IMG/VR virus record: IMGVR_UViG_3300042502_001732
Span: 1-64,000 of that record
Length of the DNA stretch: 64,000 bases
Strand: one strand, 5' to 3'
Source of the DNA: a virus
This document shows, piece by piece, positions 46,915 to 56,103 of the stretch; positions within the stretch are counted from its first letter, which is position 1; each line of letters begins with the position of its first letter. A program made the translations under genes and the position numbers. Below the pieces are notes generated by a model. The model worked only from the letters and a program-made list of their open reading frames with translations, had not been told where the DNA came from and searched no databases.

Positions 46915-49884
46915 ATGAGAATATCAACAGCTTCTAGATACAAGTTTTTAAAAGATTATAGAATAGGAGTTCCTGAATTATTGTCAGAAACATCCTATAG
47001 TGGTAATATTATTTTTAATGAAAGTGATTTAAGAAAAAGCATTGGATGGTTAGCTAATACCGCTGTAAGACAAGTCGGTACCACTTTCACTGGATTGTTT
47101 TTTCTCGATAGACAGGGTGATGCTGTATCAATTAATACTGAGGGTGATGTTGTTGCTGTAGGAGCTTCAAATGGTAGAACAACAGATATCGGATATACCA
47201 GAATATTTAGACTTACTTCTTATTCTGGTAATGGGTCTTGGGGTCAAATAGGGCAAACTATTGATGGTGAGGCATCGGGAGATTTCAGTGGTTTTTCTGT
47301 TTCTTTAAACAATATTGGTGATAGAGTAGCTATAGGAGCAAGGGGGAATGATAATATTGGTGGAGTTGATAGTGGACATGTGAGAGTATATCAATTAAGT
47401 ACATTTGGTAGTAATAATTCCTGGGTTCGGTTGGGTCAAGATATCGACGGGGAAGCTGCGGCAGATCAATTTGGATCTACAATAGATTTGAATGGTGAAG
47501 GGAATATATTAGCAACGGGTACACCTTTTAATGATAGTTATGGTTCTAGTTCTGGTCGCGTAAAAATATATCAATTAAGTTCATTCGATGTTAATAATTC
47601 TTGGGTGCAAATTGGACAAAATATAGACGGTGAAAGTGGAGATAGTGCAGGAACAAACGTGTCCTTAAATAACGCAGGTGATAGAATAGCTGTATCCTTC
47701 CCTTACCGCGCAGTTAACGGCTTTAATAATTCTGGAATAGTTAAGGTTTTTAATTTAAGCGCATATAGTGGCAATTATACTTGGGTTCAAGTAGGGCAAG
47801 ATATAACAGGTATTGCAGAAGAGTATGGATACTTCGGTATCGGTGGTATATCAATGAATTATAGTGGTGATAGGATAGCTATAGGTTCTAATCAAAGTGG
47901 TAATGGATTAGTAAGTGTTTATGAATTAAGTGGTAATAATTGGTTACAGGTAGGCCAGTTTATAACTGGGCAGCAGACTAATGAGAGTTTTGGTAATGAA
48001 ATATCTATTAATGATGCTGGAGATAAAATAGCAGTGACTTCAAATCTTTATGTATCTGATAGTGGATATCAAAGTTGCTTGAGATTATATCAATTAAGTT
48101 CTTACAACAATTTAAACACTTGGGTGCAAGAAGGATTAACTTTAGATTCTAACACAAATAACGGTGAATTTAATAAAATTAAGATGAATGGTTCTGGTGA
48201 TACATTTATTGTAGGTGGTCCATTTGCAACTTCACGTGGTAATGCGAAAGTATTTAAAACCTATTCGCAAAAAACAGATAATTTATATACAGGATTTAAT
48301 GATGATCTTATACAGGCTTCTAGACCAAGATGGAAATATCCAAACAATTTAAATATATATGGAGGTTGGTATAATAATTATACAAATAGCTTTTTAACAG
48401 ACCTGCAAAATATAACATTTTCTGCTCCTACAAGTTCGAATTTTTTTACGGAAATACCAGCGTTAACAGCTATAAATCAAGCTCAGGGTATAAAGTGGGT
48501 AGAAATAGCAACTAAAAAAAATACTTCAATTACATTATCTTCAACTCCATCTTCAGCAATATATTTTAAAAGAAATGGATTTAATATTAGATTAAAAACA
48601 ACACCTCAAGTATCATGGATTTATAATTCGAATTTATATAAAGATACTGCACTAGGTTTTTCTCTTGGTGTTGAATACGCGCCAGATATAGTAGTCAATA
48701 ATATTTTTTGTAATCTAGCTCCATTAAACACCACCTTTTCTGCCTTTAGCGCAAATTATGATAACTGGTTTGTAAATTTTTCTTCGGAAATTCAACCCAT
48801 TTCTGGTGTTGATAGATGGCTTCTAAACAATACAAATTACATTAATTCAAAAACCATAACTCTAACAGCCAACAACCAATATATACGCTATCAACCACTA
48901 GGCATCTCTTATAAAAACTTATCATCTTTATCTGCATCTAGTGAATTTAATGTATATGTAAATTCAAATATATTAGATTTTGGTTTAAAATCAACATCAT
49001 CGCTACGATCAAGACTTACAAGCGTCACTCCATTAACATCTACAAGAAATGTATTTACAACTTACAACCGAACAACTAATACCTTTATAAGAAATCCAAA
49101 TCTTTGGTGTGCTGATTTAACAGATCAATTAACAGCTCTTGTTGTTCAAAAATTGGGAGAAGCTGTATTTTCATACGGCGGTACTCTAATAACACCAAGA
49201 CACTTATTATATGTTCAACATGCTTTTCCTAGAACTGACAGAGTAAGATTTGTAAGATCAGACAATACTGTTATTTCAGCAGCGCCATTAGCATCTTCTG
49301 ATAGTACAACGTATAAAAATGATTTTCCAATAGCATCGCTCTCCTCAGTAGATAGTCTATATACAGATATTGGTATTGTTGTACTTGATAGAGATGTATC
49401 TTTATCTGGTATTCATGTAATGCCGATAGCAGCGATTACTCCAACAGAAAGAGAAATATTAAATCAACAATTTATACCTACACTTTTGTGTACGCAAGCT
49501 CCAGGTAGATCTACTGGGTCATCAAATCCAAATGCGGTTAGTGCGAGCGATATTCAGATGACTATAAGTTCAACTAACTTTTTAAATATGACCACAGCAT
49601 GGGAATCTCAAAGCGCAAACCCGTTTTTAAATTGGGATGTGATGGGAGCTGGAGGATCAGGGTATACTATTTGGGACGGTGACAGTGGCAATTCTCATTT
49701 ATTATTCTGTAATGATAAACTTTATGTTTATAGCATTACTTTTTCCTTTACAGGTAGAGGTGCTATTGTTTCAGCACTTTCGGGAGCTATAAACTACTTA
49801 ATAGACAAAGCAGATCAATTAGCGGGTATTACTACTAATATGAAACCAACATATTACACTATAGAGCAGATTGCGAATAGATGA
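46915..49884 (+). CDS. Putative virion protein: FG-GAP-like beta-propeller plus trypsin-like serine protease domain
   Basis: Repeats W.Q.GQ.IDGE...FG.SVSLN..GD..A.G; C-terminal GTLITPRH...H, TDIGIV, GDSG. Confidence 0.75.
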   Translation: MRISTASRYKFLKDYRIGVPELLSETSYSGNIIFNESDLRKSIGWLANTAVRQVGTTFTGLFFLDRQGDAVSINTEGDVVAVGASNGRTTDIGYTRIFRLTSYSGNGSWGQIGQTIDGEASGDFSGFSVSLNNIGDRVAIGARGNDNIGGVDSGHVRVYQLSTFGSNNSWVRLGQDIDGEAAADQFGSTIDLNGEGNILATGTPFNDSYGSSSGRVKIYQLSSFDVNNSWVQIGQNIDGESGDSAGTNVSLNNAGDRIAVSFPYRAVNGFNNSGIVKVFNLSAYSGNYTWVQVGQDITGIAEEYGYFGIGGISMNYSGDRIAIGSNQSGNGLVSVYELSGNNWLQVGQFITGQQTNESFGNEISINDAGDKIAVTSNLYVSDSGYQSCLRLYQLSSYNNLNTWVQEGLTLDSNTNNGEFNKIKMNGSGDTFIVGGPFATSRGNAKVFKTYSQKTDNLYTGFNDDLIQASRPRWKYPNNLNIYGGWYNNYTNSFLTDLQNITFSAPTSSNFFTEIPALTAINQAQGIKWVEIATKKNTSITLSSTPSSAIYFKRNGFNIRLKTTPQVSWIYNSNLYKDTALGFSLGVEYAPDIVVNNIFCNLAPLNTTFSAFSANYDNWFVNFSSEIQPISGVDRWLLNNTNYINSKTITLTANNQYIRYQPLGISYKNLSSLSASSEFNVYVNSNILDFGLKSTSSLRSRLTSVTPLTSTRNVFTTYNRTTNTFIRNPNLWCADLTDQLTALVVQKLGEAVFSYGGTLITPRHLLYVQHAFPRTDRVRFVRSDNTVISAAPLASSDSTTYKNDFPIASLSSVDSLYTDIGIVVLDRDVSLSGIHVMPIAAITPTEREILNQQFIPTLLCTQAPGRSTGSSNPNAVSASDIQMTISSTNFLNMTTAWESQSANPFLNWDVMGAGGSGYTIWDGDSGNSHLLFCNDKLYVYSITFSFTGRGAIVSALSGAINYLIDKADQLAGITTNMKPTYYTIEQIANR

Positions 49885-49934
49885 TAAACTATTTTTATTA
49901 GTATAATTCGGAATTGATATTTAGTAATTTAGCC

Positions 49935-49940
49935 TAAATA
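49935..49940 (+). promoter_or_regulatory. Late promoter core TAAATA (portal)
   Basis: 6 nt before ATG 49947. Confidence 0.65.
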
Positions 49941-49946
49941 AGATAT

Positions 49947-51779
49947 ATGGCAGGGTCTGACAGTTCCACAACAGCAAATTCAAATAGAAATTTTGTATCC
50001 AGAGATGGGAGAAGTGCAACTTTTGACAGATCCATGACTTCTTATTTGAATTCAAGAAGTACAAATTCTTATGATATTTTAGATTCTGACGAAAATAAAA
50101 ATACAAAATACAAGTATTTCAAAAAGGTTGGAATGCGAAGAGCGGAAGCAATTTCCAAAAATTCAATAGCATTAAGCAACGATTTTAATAACACTGCATA
50201 TGGAATGATGCATAAAGATTCATCATTCGGTGATGTGATGTATGCAACCGTTTCAGAAGATAAACCAGGAAGATTAAGAGATTATAGATCAATAGCTGCA
50301 TATTCTGAAGTTTCAGATGCATTAGATGAAATTTGCGACGAGTGTGTAAATTATGATGAAAATTCAAATATATTGAAACTTTTATTTGTAAATGATAATT
50401 TAAAGTCTATTGAAAAAGAAAAAATAGCCGACGAATTTGATAAATTTATAGATCATTTTGATTTTAAAAATAAAGGATGGAGATATTTTAGACAATTCTT
50501 AATAGAAGGTGAACTGTATTTTGAAAATATAATCCACGAAGATTATACAAAACAAGGCATTTTAGCTGTTCAAAATTTACCAGCCGATAATATAGATCCT
50601 GTATATGCTAATATACAAAACATGTTGATTAAAGGATTTTTATATAAAAAACCTGTTTTTGATCCAAACGATCCGAAAAAAGTTGAAAGATTTGAATATA
50701 TACCATTTGAAGAAAATCAAATTATATATGTCAACAACGAAGCTTACAATGAAACAAAAGAATTTGTAGTTCCATTTGTTGAAAATTGCAGACGCGCATA
50801 TCGTCAATTATCAATGATTGAAGATAGTGTTGTTATACATAGATTAGTACACGCTCCTCTTCGTTTTATGTTTAATGTGGACGTTGGTAGAATGCCAGTT
50901 CCACAAGCAGAATCATATCTTCGTAAATTACAACAACAATATTGGTCTACAAAAACATTTGATTCTGATCAAAATGATATTGTTAAAAAATATAATCCAC
51001 AGTCAATGTTGGATAGTTATTGGTTTGCAAAACGTCAAGGTCAAGAAGCTACATCAGTTCAAACTTTCGGAGGACAACCAAGCGATGGCAATTTAGATGT
51101 TTTGGATTGGTTCCTTAGAAAGCTTTATCGTTCTTTAAAAGTACCAACAAGTAGATTGAAAGATGATAGCGGATTATCAGACGGTTCTCAAATTTTAAAT
51201 GAAGAATTGAAATTTGCAAAAATGATAGTTCGCCAACAACAAAAATTTGCAGCAGCTATTAAAAAAGGATTTATTACTCACATCAAACTTCGTGGAATGT
51301 TCGACGAATATGATGTCGAAGAACAAAACATCGATATTTCTTTTGTTCCACCTGGAACATTTTTCGAAATGAGAGAAAATCAAAAGAAACAATTGAAAGT
51401 TGAAATGTATGGTAGTGTTATGAATACACAAAATATTTCTGACACTTTTGCAAAGAAAAAATATTTGGGCTGGAGTGATAAAGATGTGTTGGCTGATAGA
51501 GAATTTAGACGATCTGATGCTGCATTTACTTGGGAACTTCAACAAATTTCATCAGCTGGACCAAATTGGAAAGCACAATTATTACAAGGTGCTGCAGAAC
51601 CAGCGGCGGCTGGAGAAGCTCCAGAAATGGGCGGCGGTATTGGTGGTGGAATGCCTCCTGATTTTGGAGGAGGTCCAGCGGCAATTGGTGGAGAGACAGG
51701 AGCACCACCTCCTCAAGAAGAACCATTTGGAGGAGAAACTAATACAGAACCACCACCTGGAGAAGGAACCCCAGCTTAA
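49947..51779 (+). CDS. 20: Portal protein (gp20)
   Basis: YR.IA...EV..A.DEI, IEDSVVIHRL..AP..MFNVDVG, MLDSYWF, LYRSLKVP.SRL, ELKF. Confidence 0.95.
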   Translation: MAGSDSSTTANSNRNFVSRDGRSATFDRSMTSYLNSRSTNSYDILDSDENKNTKYKYFKKVGMRRAEAISKNSIALSNDFNNTAYGMMHKDSSFGDVMYATVSEDKPGRLRDYRSIAAYSEVSDALDEICDECVNYDENSNILKLLFVNDNLKSIEKEKIADEFDKFIDHFDFKNKGWRYFRQFLIEGELYFENIIHEDYTKQGILAVQNLPADNIDPVYANIQNMLIKGFLYKKPVFDPNDPKKVERFEYIPFEENQIIYVNNEAYNETKEFVVPFVENCRRAYRQLSMIEDSVVIHRLVHAPLRFMFNVDVGRMPVPQAESYLRKLQQQYWSTKTFDSDQNDIVKKYNPQSMLDSYWFAKRQGQEATSVQTFGGQPSDGNLDVLDWFLRKLYRSLKVPTSRLKDDSGLSDGSQILNEELKFAKMIVRQQQKFAAAIKKGFITHIKLRGMFDEYDVEEQNIDISFVPPGTFFEMRENQKKQLKVEMYGSVMNTQNISDTFAKKKYLGWSDKDVLADREFRRSDAAFTWELQQISSAGPNWKAQLLQGAAEPAAAGEAPEMGGGIGGGMPPDFGGGPAAIGGETGAPPPQEEPFGGETNTEPPPGEGTPA

Positions 51780-52072
51780 CTACAAAATTTTACACAATTG
51801 AATGAGGATGAATAATAAAATCCAGTTCCATTATTTGATGCGAAATTAAATCCTGGTGTGCTGGCATCAACACATTGATAAAAATAATACGTTGTTCCAT
51901 TGTTTGAAGATACATGATTATATCTGGTTGATTGTCCCCATAAAATAAAATCATTGGCTGAGAGATAATAATATCTGGAACCATTATTTGCTTGTAAATC
52001 GATACCTATTTGACTAAGAACTCCGCAAGATATCGGAAAATAGAAAGTTCCATTATTATCGGTTATTGCCAC
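51776..52072 (-). CDS. Small Cys/Tyr-rich protein with four NNG(T/S)xxx repeats
   Basis: NNGTFYF, NNGSRYY, NNGTTYY, NNGTGFY; GTG start 5 nt after TAAATA. Confidence 0.6.
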   Translation of the reverse strand: MAITDNNGTFYFPISCGVLSQIGIDLQANNGSRYYYLSANDFILWGQSTRYNHVSSNNGTTYYFYQCVDASTPGFNFASNNGTGFYYSSSFNCVKFCS

Positions 52073-52077
52073 AATAT

Positions 52078-52104
52078 TATTTAATTAAAGCAATAGATTA
52101 AATA
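52078..52104. promoter_or_regulatory. Divergent TAAATA late promoters
   Basis: Minus 52083-52078 before GTG 52072; plus 52099-52104 before ATG 52110; both 5-nt gaps. Confidence 0.65.
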
Positions 52105-52109
52105 CATTT

Positions 52110-53252
52110 ATGTCTCAATTGTGCCAAATAAGTCCGATATCAGCATTCATGTCAACGAATTTAAATTCAAAGATAGAATGTTTTCAGCAATTGGGAGAGC
52201 GTATCATGAGAATGTTGGGACATCCAATTATAAATGTAGAAATTCATCCTGATCAATTATATGATTCTATTTCAATGGCAGTTGAGTTTTTTACAAAGTA
52301 TGCTGGTTACACTCAAGAATATTTGATATTTGATAGTAATTTATACGAATCAAACAAAGGTATAAGGCTTGATCATTTATTTACAGTTGCAAATACTGGA
52401 TTTACATTGAGTCAAAAATTACAACAACCAAATAGATCAAATCCAGATTTTACTGTTGATATTCCAGAAGCATTGTATGTATCATTATCTTCAATTCCAC
52501 AATCTTATTTTTCAGCGAGTAGTGCATTGAGTTCTGCAGTTGCATCAGATGGAATTTACGAAATGCAAATAATTAACTCTGAAATATATAATCAATTTAT
52601 ATCATACAATCCTCAGCTGAGTGCGCATTTTAAAATGTCTCCTCAAAGAAAGATATCTTCTCAATGTCAAAACATAGAAAATGCAACTCAATACAATAAC
52701 ATGTTTGATTATGATGTGATGGATTATAGAAAAGTAATGTCTGTTACTGATTTTGAAGAAGGAAGCAATCAAGGTATAAATACATTATTCACCTTAGAAC
52801 AAACACTTGCACAACAAACATATTTTAGTTATGCTATGGGTAATTATGGTTTTGATTTACTTTCATGGCATACTATGAAAGATTGGATTGAAACAAGAGA
52901 AAAGCTTTTAGCAATTCGTAGAGATATACATTTTGATGCAAGAACACAATATCTAAAATTCTATCCGCAACCAAAAAATACAAGATTCTATGGTGTAATT
53001 TCTTGTTATGTTGAAAGACCAATAAGAGACATAATCAAAGAAAAATGGGTATTGGAATACAGTGTAGCATTAGCTAAAGTAATGTGGGGAAGAATCCTTA
53101 CAAAAATAACAGGAGTTTCATTACTTGGTGGTGGAAATTTCAACGGTGATACTATTCTCGCAGAAGGTATCAGAGAAAAAGAAGCATTGGAAACAATGTT
53201 GGTCGAAGGTGGATACGGAGATTTTGCACCTGTCTCGCTACTAGTTGGATAA
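52110..53252 (+). CDS. 13: Neck protein (gp13-like) with central insertion
   Basis: RMLGHPIINVEI...Q, WV..Y..ALAK..WG..LTK..GV.L.GG..FNG. Confidence 0.85.
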   Translation: MSQLCQISPISAFMSTNLNSKIECFQQLGERIMRMLGHPIINVEIHPDQLYDSISMAVEFFTKYAGYTQEYLIFDSNLYESNKGIRLDHLFTVANTGFTLSQKLQQPNRSNPDFTVDIPEALYVSLSSIPQSYFSASSALSSAVASDGIYEMQIINSEIYNQFISYNPQLSAHFKMSPQRKISSQCQNIENATQYNNMFDYDVMDYRKVMSVTDFEEGSNQGINTLFTLEQTLAQQTYFSYAMGNYGFDLLSWHTMKDWIETREKLLAIRRDIHFDARTQYLKFYPQPKNTRFYGVISCYVERPIRDIIKEKWVLEYSVALAKVMWGRILTKITGVSLLGGGNFNGDTILAEGIREKEALETMLVEGGYGDFAPVSLLVG

Positions 53253-53253
53253 T

Positions 53254-53706
53254 ATGCTTCCTTTAAAAAGAGACAAAAGATTCCGTCAAGGAATTTACAA
53301 ACCAAAAAATCCTAAAAAATTTATTGGAACTACTGCAATTTATCGTAGTGGTTTAGAATGTAAGTTTTTTATGTTTTGTGACAATAATAGTAATGTTATA
53401 AAATGGGGAAGTGAAAATATAATAATACCTTACGTTTCAAAAATTGATGGAAAGTGGCACAAGTATTATGTGGATAATTATGTTGAAATAATGGAAGGAA
53501 CTAAATTAGTGAAATATTTAGTGGAAATAAAACCACACAAACAGACTTTAAAACCAGAAGCGAAGCAGGGAAAACGAAAAAGTAGTTTGCTGTATGAACA
53601 AACACAATGGATCATAAATCACGAAGGTAAATGGCCAGCAGCTAGAAAATTTTGTGAAAGTAAAGGATGGAAGTTCCTTATTTTAACAGAGAAGGAATTG
53701 AATTAA
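53254..53706 (+). CDS. 4: Head completion nuclease (gp4, TnsA-like)
   Basis: G.YKPKNP.K, YRSGLE, W.SE...IPY, Y.VD, EIKP..QT, KW.AA, F.ILTE. Confidence 0.9.
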   Translation: MLPLKRDKRFRQGIYKPKNPKKFIGTTAIYRSGLECKFFMFCDNNSNVIKWGSENIIIPYVSKIDGKWHKYYVDNYVEIMEGTKLVKYLVEIKPHKQTLKPEAKQGKRKSSLLYEQTQWIINHEGKWPAARKFCESKGWKFLILTEKELN

Positions 53707-53730
53707 AAATTCTTTTAATAAATAAGATAA

Positions 53731-55719
53731 ATGAGGATTTTTACGGAAAATGTCAATTTTATCTCCACATCGGGGGATAAAAATATTCTTCAAATAGAAA
53801 ATTATGAAGAAGTATTTTTTGATGTTTATGAAATATCAATAAATGGTAAAAAATTCATTTCTGAAAAAATAGGAGAATATGAAAAAAAACCTATTGTAAA
53901 AATACCCGTGGAAATCGACGGGATTAAAAAAGAATACCCATTTATATTAAACGAAGGTAAATTTCAAATAGTGTTCAATGAACAAAATGAATTGATTCAA
54001 GAATCTGTAGAAGAAAATATTCCAGCGATAACTGAAGAATTTGATGAGGTTGAAGAATATTCCAAAGAATCGTTTGAAAAAGAACTCATAGATATTCAAG
54101 AAAAGAAAAATAAAATTCTGGAATATATAGAAAATGTTAAAAAAACTGCAAAACAGCAAACTGATGAATATAATAAAAACCAGTTAAAAATTCTAGAACA
54201 GCAAAAAGAAGAAAATAAAAAAGAATTAAAATCTTTATTGGAATCTTCTAAGCAATCATGGTTTGAAGAATTTGTCGATGTATCAGATAAAATTAAAAAA
54301 GAATTATTTGATAGATTGAATATTAATAATTCTGAAATTTATGAATCAATTGATTTGAAATTAGAAATCATTTCTGATGATTTTAAGAAATTAATTGAAG
54401 AAGATTTTTCAAATACCGAAAAAATATTTGAAAATAAAATAAAAGAATTAATAACAGAAATTTATAATAATCAGGTTATCAAAGTCATCAACGATGGTAT
54501 TGATAAAATTTCACAACAATCAGAAGTTTCTTTTGAAAATATAAAAAATGATTTTGATTTGGCTCTTTCTGAAAAAGCAACCAGCGTTGATTTAAAAAAT
54601 GTCGAAGATAAGTTAGAAACTGAAATTTTATCAGTACAAAAAGAATCAATTGAATTACACGATTTAATTTCAAAAAGCGTATCATCAAATAAAAAATCAA
54701 TAACATATATTGAAAATAAAATTGATGAAACTCAAAAAGAATTAAAAGAGAACATCATAAAAATAATTGATGAAAAGATCGAAGAAAACGAAGATAGCAT
54801 AACAACATATTACAATGAAAAACTTGACGTTGTTGAAAATAAACTTATAGATCTTTCAGACGAAAACAGACAGTATTTCATTGGATTGATAAACGAAAGC
54901 AGAGATAATCTCTTAAAAGAAATCAAATCCATTAAAGAAAATAAAGCAATAGAATATATTGTTGAAAATAAAAAAACTGGGGAAAAGAAAGAAATTGATA
55001 TTAATTCAATAAAAAGCGATCTCCAGAAAGAAATATCAAATAAAATCTCAAATGAGATAATCTCTCTTAGAAAATATACAGCATATCATGGCGGCGGTGG
55101 AGGTACTGTAGCTCAACAATTTGCAGATGGTGGAACCATGAACGGATCATTGAATATCAATGGTCAAATATTAAGTGGTGGTGTTGATATAGCTACATTA
55201 TTTACAATTGGGGGAACTTCAAATTTCGCAACTTATGATTTTGTAAATAATAATTTTTTAAATTTATCAGGAGGTATAATTACTGGAAGTACACGCTTCA
55301 ACAGTAATGTAACAATTTACGGTAATCTTACCGCTACTGGCACTACAACATTTAACAATACGATATTCTCTGTTACAAGTGCATTAAGTGTTGTTCATAT
55401 AGGTGAGGGTCCAGCAGTGTGGGTAGGTAATAGCGGCCTTGGTGATATAGCTTCTTTCAATGATATAGATACAGGGCTTGAAGTATTACACGTTGGCGGT
55501 AGTAACGGCGCATTCCCCAATGTCGGCGTAAAGACTAGTACACCTAATGTTGATTTTACGGTTAATGGTCAAATTAGCGCTTCCAATACAATTTGGAGTT
55601 CTGGTGGTAATTCTAATAACTGGAATAGTACTTATAGTATGGTAAACGCTTTAAGTGCTACATGGAGTTTAGGTCCTGATGACTCAAATACAATTATAGG
55701 TCTTTCAATCTTTTTATAA
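53731..55719 (+). CDS. Long coiled-coil protein with Gly hinge and C-terminal fibre-like beta domain
   Basis: ~400-aa E/K/I heptads, GGGGG, then GGTMNG.L, LSGG.ITG, VGV.TSTP. Confidence 0.65.
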   Translation: MRIFTENVNFISTSGDKNILQIENYEEVFFDVYEISINGKKFISEKIGEYEKKPIVKIPVEIDGIKKEYPFILNEGKFQIVFNEQNELIQESVEENIPAITEEFDEVEEYSKESFEKELIDIQEKKNKILEYIENVKKTAKQQTDEYNKNQLKILEQQKEENKKELKSLLESSKQSWFEEFVDVSDKIKKELFDRLNINNSEIYESIDLKLEIISDDFKKLIEEDFSNTEKIFENKIKELITEIYNNQVIKVINDGIDKISQQSEVSFENIKNDFDLALSEKATSVDLKNVEDKLETEILSVQKESIELHDLISKSVSSNKKSITYIENKIDETQKELKENIIKIIDEKIEENEDSITTYYNEKLDVVENKLIDLSDENRQYFIGLINESRDNLLKEIKSIKENKAIEYIVENKKTGEKKEIDINSIKSDLQKEISNKISNEIISLRKYTAYHGGGGGTVAQQFADGGTMNGSLNINGQILSGGVDIATLFTIGGTSNFATYDFVNNNFLNLSGGIITGSTRFNSNVTIYGNLTATGTTTFNNTIFSVTSALSVVHIGEGPAVWVGNSGLGDIASFNDIDTGLEVLHVGGSNGAFPNVGVKTSTPNVDFTVNGQISASNTIWSSGGNSNNWNSTYSMVNALSATWSLGPDDSNTIIGLSIFL

Positions 55720-55736
55720 AAAAAATAAATAAAATC

Positions 55737-56102
55737 ATGGCAACATATACAAAGCAATTATTATCACAAAGCACAAATGGCAAGTCTATTGTTATAGCTG
55801 CCAGTGGTGCTAACACTACAACAATACACACAACACAAGCATCATCAAGTGTAGTTGATGAGGTGTGGTTATACGCTACAAACTCTACAACATCAGATAT
55901 AATGTTTAATTTATTATATGGAGGTACAGATTTTTCAACTGATATTTTATTTGAAGGTGTTATTGAGGCTTATGCTGGAAATACATTAATCTGCCCTGGT
56001 TTAATTTTACAAGGAGATGGAACTACGGGATCTTCTATATATGGAAATGCTAGTGTATTGAGTGGCATTAATGTTTTTGGCTATGTAAATAGGATAAGTT
56101 AA
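55737..56102 (+). CDS. Putative structural protein
   Basis: DEVWLYA.N...GYVNRI; late promoter. Confidence 0.55.
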   Translation: MATYTKQLLSQSTNGKSIVIAASGANTTTIHTTQASSSVVDEVWLYATNSTTSDIMFNLLYGGTDFSTDILFEGVIEAYAGNTLICPGLILQGDGTTGSSIYGNASVLSGINVFGYVNRIS

Positions 56103-56103
56103 T

